Assembly (NCBI GenBank): GCA_963707635.1
Contig: OY970173.1
Location: forward strand, 1,088,001 to 1,152,000
Direction of reading: 5' to 3'
DNA from: Candidatus Latescibacterota bacterium
GTDB lineage: Bacteria > Krumholzibacteriota > Krumholzibacteriia > WVZY01 > JAKEHA01
Length of the DNA: 64,000 nt
A program made the translations under genes and the position numbers. Shown here piece by piece: positions 42,678 through 50,523 of this stretch (the stretch's first letter is position 1; each line of letters opens with the position of its first letter). The notes beneath the pieces are model-generated. The model was not told the DNA's origin. It saw only the letters and a list, made by a program, of their open reading frames with translations, and ran no database searches.

Positions 42678-43319
42678 ATGCACCTCGCCGACGGAACTCT
42701 TGCCAATCAGGTTTGCACCGCCACGGCGCTCGCCTCGGCGACCGGTCTGGTCTACGCGGCCGTGCGCGCGCGGGCGCATGCGACGCCGCAAACGCTCGCC
42801 CGGGCGGGCGTGGGCGCGGTCGTCGTTTTTGCGGCTCAACTGATGAACGTGCCGTTGTTCGGCGCGGTGCCGGTGCACCCGGTGGGTGCGGCGTTTCTGG
42901 TCGTGCTGTGCGGCCCCGCGCTGGCGCTGCTGGCGATGACGGCGGTCCTCGTCGTCCAGGCGCTGGTCATGCACGACGGCGGGGTTACGGCGCTCGGGGC
43001 GAACGTGTTCAACATGGGAGTGGTCGGGGTGACGGTCGCCACGCTTTGCATGAACGCCGTGCGCGCACGCATCGGCGGGCGCGCGGGCCGGTTGCTCGGG
43101 GTGGCGTTCGCGAGCGCAGCGTCGATGGGCGCCGCGGTCGTGGCCATGGCGGCGGAGCTGGCGCTCTCGGGGGTGTCGCGTGAGGTGTTTACCACGGCGA
43201 TCGCCGCGCACGCGCCGTTTGCGGCCTTCGAGACGGTGGTGACGGTCGCGGTGGTCGCGGCGCTCGCGAACGCGCCGGTATTTGCCGGCGAGACCGGGGT
43301 CGAGAGGGCCGGGAAGTAA
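42678..43319 (+). CDS. cbiM: CbiM/NikM-family ECF metal-binding component
   Basis: MHLADG N-terminus, FAAQLMN.P, QAL..HDGGVTALGANVFNM. Confidence 0.85.
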   Translation: MHLADGTLANQVCTATALASATGLVYAAVRARAHATPQTLARAGVGAVVVFAAQLMNVPLFGAVPVHPVGAAFLVVLCGPALALLAMTAVLVVQALVMHDGGVTALGANVFNMGVVGVTVATLCMNAVRARIGGRAGRLLGVAFASAASMGAAVVAMAAELALSGVSREVFTTAIAAHAPFAAFETVVTVAVVAALANAPVFAGETGVERAGK

Positions 43320-43320
43320 C

Positions 43321-45870
43321 GTGCCAAAACGCGTGGGCGGAAAGCCGGCTGCGAAGCGCGCGGCCGCATCGGCCCGGTTTCGGTTCGAGCTGGCGGCGAA
43401 GGACCTCCGCTGGCGCTGCGACCCCGACGGACTCGGGTTCGAGACGACGCGCGAGATCCAGGCGAAGCCCAACATCATCGGGCAGGATCGCGCGCTCGAC
43501 GCGATTCGCCTCGGGCTCACGCTGCACAGTCCCGGCTACAACATCTTCATTTCCGGCCTCACCGGCACCGGCAAGCTCACGGCGATCCGGTACATGCTCG
43601 AGGCCATGGACTTGCACAGAAACGACCTCACCGACATCTGTTACGTCCACAACTTCCGCGCCGAAGATCACCCGGTGTGCATCCAGCTTCCCGCGGGAAA
43701 AGCGTGCCGTTTCCGCGCCAAGGTGAAGGAACTGCTGGCCACCATCGTCGACTTCATCCCGGCGGCGCTGCAGAGCGACGAGTTCAAGCGTAAGCAGGCC
43801 GTGATCGCCGACGAGACCCGCCACCGGCGCGAGGAGCTCCTGCACTCGCTCGAGAAGGAAGTGATCGAAAAAGGGTTCACGCTGGTGCAGGTGGAGTACG
43901 AGAATCTCTCCCGCCCCGAAATCGTCCCGATGGTCGGTGGGGAGGCGGTGCCGATGGACCGGCTCCCGGGCCTGCTCGTGCAGGGGAAGATCGGCCAGGG
44001 CGACTACGACAAGCTCCAGACGGCCTATCCGACGCTGTCGCGCAAGCTCGACGATTTCCTGCTCGCCACCCGCGACCTGCAGCGCGACCTCGACCACCGC
44101 ACCGCCGACCTCGAGAAGCAGCACCTGGCGCCGCTGATCGACTTCGCCATGAAGGAGATCGTCCACGAGTTCAAGACCGAGAAGGTGTCGCGCTTCGTCC
44201 TGGACTTGCGCGAGTACGTGCTCTCGCACCTGCCGGTGTTCGCGATCAGCAAGGGCGCGGCGGACAGCGGAGCGCGGCCATTCCTGCCGTTTCAGGTGAA
44301 CGTGCTGGTGGACAACGAGGGGCTCAAGGAAGCGCCGGTCGTGATCGAGACCTCGCCGACCTACGGCAACGTATTCGGCACCGTGGAACGGCTCGCGGGG
44401 CCGGACGGCGAGCACTCGGCCGATTTCACCTCCATCCGCGGCGGGTCGTTGCTGCGCGCCAACGGCGGCTTTTTGATCATGAACCTGATCGACGTGTTCG
44501 AGGAACCGCTGGTGTGGCCCGCGCTGAAGCGCGCGCTCAAGAGCCAGCGTCACGCCATCCGCGGGTTCGACTCGTTGCTGCTCATGCCGATCGCCACCAT
44601 CAAGCCGGAGCCGGTTGAGCTCAACTTGAAGGTGATCCTGATCGGCGACGCGTGGAGCTACCAGCTGCTCTGGGAGTACGACGAAGATTTCAAAACCATC
44701 TTCAAGGTGAAGGCGGACTTCGATTCCGCCATGCCGAACACGACCGCGAACCGGTACAAGTACGCGCGCTTCCTGCGCGTGCTGTGCGACCAGGAGAACC
44801 TGCCGGCCTTCCACAAGGACGCGGTCGCGGCGGTGGTCGAGGAGGGCGTGCGCCTCGCGGGCCGCCGCAATCGCCTGTCGACCCGCTTCAGCGACGTGGG
44901 CGACGTGGTGCGCGAGGCTGCCCACTGGGCGGTGAAGAAGAAGTCGAAGACTGTGCGCGCCGCGCACGTCGCGCTGGCGCAGCGCGAGCGAGAGCGCCGC
45001 GTGAGTCTGGTGGAGGATAAGGTGCAGGAGATGTATGACGACGGCGCCATCCTCCTCGACACGACCGGCGCCAAGGTGGGGCAGGTGAATGGCCTCGCCG
45101 TCTACGACCTCGGCGACCATTCCTTCGGCCGGCCCAGCCGCATCACCGCCGAGACCGGGGTGGGACGCGCCGGCGTGATCAATATCGAACGCGAAGCGGA
45201 GATGAGCGGGCGCATTCACAACAAGGGCATGCTCATCCTCGAGGGCTACCTTCGGAAGATGTACGCGCAGGACAAGCCCATCACGGTGTCCGCGAGCCTG
45301 TGCTTCGAGCAGGGGTATTCGTTCGTCGACGGCGACAGCGCGTCATCCGCCGAGATGTACGCGCTCCTCTCGAGCCTGGCGTACGTGCCGCTGCGCCAGG
45401 ACATCGCGGTGACGGGATCGATGAACCAGAAGGGCGAGGTGCAGCCGATCGGCGGCGTCAACGAGAAGATCGAGGGGTTCTTCGACGTGTGCCGCGCGCG
45501 CGGTCTCACCCGCAAGCAGGGCGTCATGATCCCGGCGATCAATATCCCTGAGCTGATGCTCCGCGAAGACGTGGCCGACGCGGTGGCGCGCGGCCGGTTT
45601 CACATCTATGCGGTGAGCACGATCGACGAAGGCATCGAGCTCTTGTCCGGAAAGAAGCCCGGCCGGTGGATCCCGCGCAAGGGGTACGAACGCGGTTCGA
45701 TCCATTTTCTGGTCGACGAGGGGCTGCGCCACTTCCACGATCGCCTGCGCGACGCCGAGGACGGCGGCCACGATGCGGCCCACAAGCACGATAAGAAGAA
45801 AGCGAAACCCGCCAACGACAAGCCGAAGCCGCCCCGGCGGCGAAAGCGCCGCGAAAAACCGCGGCGTTGA
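43321..45870 (+). CDS. Lon-like (LonC/AAA_32) protease
   Basis: IIGQDRA, GYNIF..G..GTGK, VGQVNGLAV, FEQGY..VDGDSAS.AE, IGGVNEKIEGFF. Confidence 0.92.
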   Translation: MPKRVGGKPAAKRAAASARFRFELAAKDLRWRCDPDGLGFETTREIQAKPNIIGQDRALDAIRLGLTLHSPGYNIFISGLTGTGKLTAIRYMLEAMDLHRNDLTDICYVHNFRAEDHPVCIQLPAGKACRFRAKVKELLATIVDFIPAALQSDEFKRKQAVIADETRHRREELLHSLEKEVIEKGFTLVQVEYENLSRPEIVPMVGGEAVPMDRLPGLLVQGKIGQGDYDKLQTAYPTLSRKLDDFLLATRDLQRDLDHRTADLEKQHLAPLIDFAMKEIVHEFKTEKVSRFVLDLREYVLSHLPVFAISKGAADSGARPFLPFQVNVLVDNEGLKEAPVVIETSPTYGNVFGTVERLAGPDGEHSADFTSIRGGSLLRANGGFLIMNLIDVFEEPLVWPALKRALKSQRHAIRGFDSLLLMPIATIKPEPVELNLKVILIGDAWSYQLLWEYDEDFKTIFKVKADFDSAMPNTTANRYKYARFLRVLCDQENLPAFHKDAVAAVVEEGVRLAGRRNRLSTRFSDVGDVVREAAHWAVKKKSKTVRAAHVALAQRERERRVSLVEDKVQEMYDDGAILLDTTGAKVGQVNGLAVYDLGDHSFGRPSRITAETGVGRAGVINIEREAEMSGRIHNKGMLILEGYLRKMYAQDKPITVSASLCFEQGYSFVDGDSASSAEMYALLSSLAYVPLRQDIAVTGSMNQKGEVQPIGGVNEKIEGFFDVCRARGLTRKQGVMIPAINIPELMLREDVADAVARGRFHIYAVSTIDEGIELLSGKKPGRWIPRKGYERGSIHFLVDEGLRHFHDRLRDAEDGGHDAAHKHDKKKAKPANDKPKPPRRRKRREKPRR

Positions 45871-46844
45871 CCGACAGGACCCGCGTGCAAATGAACCCGA
45901 CGCGCGAAGAAACCGTCAAACGCCTGGCCCGCGAGATCGGGTTCTCGCTCGTGGGCATCGCGTCCCTTGAACCCAATCTCCGCTCCAACGATGCGTTCGC
46001 CCGCTGGCTCGACGCCGGCATGCACGGCGAGATGTCGTACCTCGAACGCCACCGCCCGCTGCGTGAGGACTGGCGGTCGCTGTTGCCGGGTGCGCGCTCG
46101 GCGGTGTGCGTGGCGCTGAACTACTACCACGACATCGAGCGCGAACAGCAAGCCATGGACGGGCGCGACCGGCGCGGACGGTTCTCGATCTATGTGCACG
46201 GGGAGGACTACCACACCGTGATGGACCGCATGCTCGCGGACCTGGGCCAACGGCTGGCCGCCAGATTTCCCGGCGCGCTCACCCTCGCGGCCTGCGACAC
46301 CAAACCGGTATCGGACCGCACCCTCGCCATGCGGGCCGGCATCGCCTGGCTCGGCAAGAACACCAATGTGATTTCACCGGAATTCGGGTCCTGGGTGTTT
46401 CTGGGAGAGATACTCACCACGCTCGACCTGCAGCCCGATGCTCCGCTCACGACGCTGTGCGGCAAGTGCACGAAGTGCATCGACGCCTGCCCGACCGGGG
46501 CCCTCGACACCCCCTTCGTGCTCGACGCCCGCCGCTGCATCTCGTACCTCACCATCGAAAAGCGCGGCGAGATCGCGCCCGAGCTGGCGTCGAGGCTCGG
46601 CGCCGACGTCTACGGCTGCGACACCTGCCAGAGCGTGTGTCCGTTCAACCGCGTGGCGTCGGAGTCGATCGTGTTCCGCCGCGAAGACAGAAGCCCGCTC
46701 ATCGACATGACACTCGATGAACTGGCTGTCATCTCGGACGACGAGTTTCGGGACAAGACGAAAGGGAGCGCGATCCGACGCTGCAAGCCGGAGGGGATGC
46801 GGAGGAACGCGCGGGTAGTAAGAGCGAATGCAGAGCTTGGGTGA
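45867..46844 (+). CDS. queG: Epoxyqueuosine reductase
   Basis: GMHGEMSYL, DYH, GIAWLGKNT, GSWVFLGE, CGKCTKCIDACPT, DARRCISYLTIE, YGCDTCQ.VCP.N. Confidence 0.95.
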   Translation: MTDRTRVQMNPTREETVKRLAREIGFSLVGIASLEPNLRSNDAFARWLDAGMHGEMSYLERHRPLREDWRSLLPGARSAVCVALNYYHDIEREQQAMDGRDRRGRFSIYVHGEDYHTVMDRMLADLGQRLAARFPGALTLAACDTKPVSDRTLAMRAGIAWLGKNTNVISPEFGSWVFLGEILTTLDLQPDAPLTTLCGKCTKCIDACPTGALDTPFVLDARRCISYLTIEKRGEIAPELASRLGADVYGCDTCQSVCPFNRVASESIVFRREDRSPLIDMTLDELAVISDDEFRDKTKGSAIRRCKPEGMRRNARVVRANAELG

Positions 46845-46857
46845 TCGTTGCGTTGGA

Positions 46858-46881
46858 GTTCGAGTCCTGCCTGGGGAGCCA
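46858..46881 (+). repeat. tRNA 3'-end fragment (tRNA-Asn-like), left att site
   Basis: GTTCGAGTCCTGCCTGGGGAGCCA = T-loop, acceptor strand and CCA; no matching 5' half upstream. Confidence 0.8.
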
Positions 46882-47273
46882 TTCTTTCCCATACAAAGAA
46901 CTTCGCCTGAGAGCGGCTCGACGCCTCCTGGCGGCACGAGCGGGCAAGTGTACTTCAGTTCCGCGATCGGGTAGTCCACGTCGATGCGGCTGACGAACGA
47001 ACGAAGGAACGTCTTCTGCTCGGCGATGGAACCCTTCCGGAGGGTCTCGTGTAGATCCTCGACGTACCGGCGAACGGCCGCGCGGGGAAGAGCCTTGGGG
47101 GCGGGTAGCTGGGTGTTGGCCGTCAACTCGGCTTTCCGTTTCTCCAGTTGCTGCCGACTGGCGGTCAGTTCCCGCAGCCGCGGCGCGGCTTCGTCGAACG
47201 CAAGCTTCTCATCCTCGATGAGGCCGTAGAGCTTCCCGAGCCGGCGATCGGTGTCAACGAGTTGCCTCTCGCG
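46858..47273 (-). pseudogene. C-terminal remnant of a large serine recombinase
   Basis: RERQLVDTDRRLGKLYGLIEDEK...LEKRKAEL...IAEQKTFLRSFVSRIDVD...KNGSPGRTRT: coiled-coil tail reading antisense into the tRNA fragment; no catalytic domain. Confidence 0.75.
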
Positions 47274-48359
47274 GGAGAAGGGGCGATCTCCCAGATATTG
47301 TACTTGGCAGTAACGAGCCGACTCCTGGATGACCCAGTGTCGATAGCGGTCAAAGGGCCTTCATCGGGTGGAAAGTCCTACTTGGTGAGGCGGGTTCTCG
47401 ATTTCTTTCCGAAGAGCGCCTACTTTGCCCTTAGCGCGATGAGTGACAAGGCGCTCGCCTATTCCCAGGAACCACTGTCGCATCGCTTCCTCGTCCTCTA
47501 CGAGAGCGCCGGCTTGAATAGCGAGACCGCGACGTATCTTCTGCGGTCCCTGCTGAGTGAAGGGCACATCCGATACGAAACCGTTGAAAGCACCAAGAAC
47601 GGTCTCGAGCCACGTCTGATCGAGCGACCTGGGCCGACCGGCTTGATCGTGACCACCACTGCACTCCAGCTGCATCCCGAGAACGAGACTCGCATGCTCA
47701 GCCTCACGGTCACCGACAGCAGGGAGCAGACTAATAGCGTGCTCATGGCCATTGCAGATGAGGACAAGCCCGAGGTCGACATCACCGAATGGGGGGCCTT
47801 TCAGGAGTGGGTGGCGCAGGGGGGGACCCGGGTCATGGTTCCGTTCGGGAAACAGCTGGCTTCACGTATTCCACCAGTTGCGGTGCGACTGCGGCGGGAC
47901 TTCAAGATCGTTCTGACCTTGGTGCGTGCCCATGCGTTGCTTCATCGCGAGAACCGCTCGCGGAACCCGCAGGGGCGTATTGTTGCAGAACTCGATGACT
48001 ACCGCATCGTCCGTGAACTCACGGCCGCCTTCCTCGCGGAGGGCGCAGAGATGTCGGTACCCGAGACAGTCAGGGAAACAGTCCTCGCGGTGGAAGAACT
48101 CCTTGCGTCCCATCCCGAGGTGACCGTGAACGAAGTCGCCGGGCGACTCGGGCTCGACAAGTCCGCGGCGCTCCGACGCGTCAGGAATGCCATCCGCCGT
48201 GGCTTTCTGGTGAACCAAGAGGACCGGAAAAGCCGGCCCGCAAAGCTCGTCATGGGAGATCCACTGCCAGAAGCATGTTCCTTGCTCCCATCTGCCCGGG
48301 AGCTGAGCGGTTGCACGGTTGCAGAAGAAACTGCGGAAGGGGCACCGCATGACGACTGA
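47268..48359 (+). pseudogene. 5'-truncated primase-associated P-loop helicase/replication ATPase with C-terminal winged HTH
   Basis: LYLAVTSRLLDDPVSIAVKGPSSGGKS, LRSLLSEG.I.YET, IVTTT...HPENETR, RLRRDF; no credible start. Confidence 0.7.
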
Positions 48360-49260
48360 CAAGCAGCGCCGGGCTAATCGCCGTAACGCGCTATGTTCCA
48401 CGGGTCCGAAGACGCGAAGCGGCAAGCAGGCCGTCCGGTGGAACGCCGTGAAGCACGGGTTACTCGCCCGCGAAGTGGTTATCGGTGTCGGTGATGGCAA
48501 AGAGAATCAGCGGGAGTTTCAATGGATGCTGGAACAACTTCGAACGGATCTTCAGCCTCAAGGTGTCTTGGAAGAGGTCCTCGTGGAACGTATTGCCGTG
48601 AGCTACTGGCGCCTTCGCCGGGTACTTCGTTGCGAGGTGGGAGAGATCCGAGTTCACCTCGACGCCGCGATTCGGAATCAGCTCGTGGCAACTGCGGTTG
48701 AGTACAATCGCGAGAAGAGGCTCGCCGCAATCGATCCCGAGCGGCGCCTGGAACGGACCTCGCTGGGGACCAAGCACTTGATTGCCATCATCGATTCGGT
48801 GGCCGAGAGCGTCCAGCAGGAGGGCCAGCTCGCCGAGGGGCCCAGGAAGCTCCTGTTCGACAGTTTCGGGTTCGGAGAGGACGGGATTGCAAGTCGGTGT
48901 TTGCTCTTCCACATCATGGCAACCGAGGGTCCGGAAAAGGCAAAAGCAGATCCCGAACAATACAGGGATACTCCTTCCCCCGAAATGTGCAAGGAGTTGA
49001 TCTTGGGGATTCTGCAAAAGGAAAAGGAGCGTCTCAGCGAGCTCCACGAGGAGTTCACCGAAATCGAGACCTTGCGGCTTAGGGCCCGGGTTATGGGTTT
49101 CAGCCTGCCGAGTGCCGACGCGAGCGACCGGATTCTGCGCTATGAAGGGGCGATCGAGCGCCAGCTCTATCGGGCAATTGCCCATCTTGAACGCCTGCAA
49201 CGCCAGCGCCGTGGCGAGCCCGTCCCTCCCCCGATCAGCGTGGATGTGGGGACGAGCTAA
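48349..49260 (+). CDS. Mobile-element-associated hypothetical protein (ANRRNA..STGPKT..GK...NAVKHGL family)
   Basis: Characteristic N-terminal motif and C-terminal ILRYE..IERQLYRAI..LERLQ. Confidence 0.8.
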   Translation: MTTDKQRRANRRNALCSTGPKTRSGKQAVRWNAVKHGLLAREVVIGVGDGKENQREFQWMLEQLRTDLQPQGVLEEVLVERIAVSYWRLRRVLRCEVGEIRVHLDAAIRNQLVATAVEYNREKRLAAIDPERRLERTSLGTKHLIAIIDSVAESVQQEGQLAEGPRKLLFDSFGFGEDGIASRCLLFHIMATEGPEKAKADPEQYRDTPSPEMCKELILGILQKEKERLSELHEEFTEIETLRLRARVMGFSLPSADASDRILRYEGAIERQLYRAIAHLERLQRQRRGEPVPPPISVDVGTS

Positions 49261-49378
49261 AGACTCTTCTGCGAAACAAAGCCAATCAAACTCGTATCAA
49301 GCTGTGGGTTAGTCTCGGGTGGCAGAATCGAATCCAATGTGACCTCGAAAATTGCGCGTGACAGTCGCAGGCAGGACG

Positions 49379-49672
49379 ATGAATGACGAGGTCACGCGTC
49401 GAGAGCGAAGTCTGCAGATCGTCCACATGGCGCTGGTCCAACTCGCGAAAGCGATCGCCGAAGGAGACCTGCGCATGACCTTATCTGATCTCGACAAGCT
49501 CATCCGTCTGGAGGCGTTCTTGAGCGACGAGCCGGAGTCGCGGCATGAAGTCTTGGTGAACGATCTCCGCGACCGGTCGGATGCGGAACTTCGCGAGATG
49601 GTCCAGCAGGAGGTCGATATTCTGCAGGAGATCACGCACGCGGATGTTGCCGCCGAGCCTCCGCCAGGATGA
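49379..49672 (+). CDS. Small hypothetical protein, possible terminase-small-subunit-like remnant
   Basis: Helical DLDKLIRLEAFL.DEP...SDAELRE pattern; start uncertain. Confidence 0.45.
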   Translation: MNDEVTRRERSLQIVHMALVQLAKAIAEGDLRMTLSDLDKLIRLEAFLSDEPESRHEVLVNDLRDRSDAELREMVQQEVDILQEITHADVAAEPPPG

Positions 49673-49812
49673 AGTGTCAGGAGAATCTATCAGGAGCAAT
49701 ATTTCAGTAGACGATAATTGCGGATAGGGCTATCTTGTATTGTATAGGGTGACAGGACGAGCATTTCGAGTTCATTCTTTAAGTTGGGCGCGAGTCCGTA
49801 AAAAAGGAATGG

Positions 49813-50523
49813 ATGACCTTGAAGAAACCATTCGTGGTTCCGCTCATTCTGACTTCAATCCTGGGTGCTCACTGGGCGCTCGCGCAGCACTTAAGCGCCG
49901 ATCCGACCGGTGGGGCGCGAGTGATCGCGATCGAGGAGTTGAAGAAACTGCCGGCCCGCGTTACTGCAGTTCCAAGCCATTCGCCTTTCTTTGTTTCTGA
50001 TCGCAAGCTTCTCGAATCGGCGACCCTGGGAGAGCCATTTGTTTTCTACTGGCCCGATAGCACGTTTCTGACCCATTACAAGAACGCGGAAGCGGGCCAA
50101 ATACTCCGGTATTTTCGGAAGAGTGTGCTCTTTCCCGTGCATGCCGGGGAACGGATGCTTGGAACCATTAGCGTTCAAGTGAATGAGAACGGAGTGTGGG
50201 TGACGGGACCCCGCACAGTAGGTGACCGCGTTGTGAATGCCCTGGAGGAGTGTGGCCGCACTGCTGCCGTCACTGCTGGCCAGAGGCTTTCAATACTCGA
50301 TACGGGGTTCGCGGGCAAATTTGGTGTTGTTGAGGATGAAACAAGAATCATTGCAATGATGCCACTAGACGAATGGACTCGCGAGCTTATTGAGTCTGCT
50401 ATTTCACCCAATGGAGAGAGCGCTTGGATCCTTCCTGAACAAGGGTTTCCAATCATCCAAGCGAAGGTGCGCGCCACCCGGGAGAGTGAACAGCTCCATC
50501 ATGAGCCAATCGACGATCGCTAG
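49813..50523 (+). CDS. Secreted protein, putative protease pro-domain-like partner
   Basis: AAGGA RBS, signal peptide, ATLGEPFVFY...VLFPV...TISV...GVWV. Confidence 0.7.
   Translation: MTLKKPFVVPLILTSILGAHWALAQHLSADPTGGARVIAIEELKKLPARVTAVPSHSPFFVSDRKLLESATLGEPFVFYWPDSTFLTHYKNAEAGQILRYFRKSVLFPVHAGERMLGTISVQVNENGVWVTGPRTVGDRVVNALEECGRTAAVTAGQRLSILDTGFAGKFGVVEDETRIIAMMPLDEWTRELIESAISPNGESAWILPEQGFPIIQAKVRATRESEQLHHEPIDDR

Noticed and set aside
46806..46881. Intact tRNA gene
   Set aside because: Only the 3' 24 nt look like tRNA; there is no complementary 5' acceptor strand or anticodon arm.
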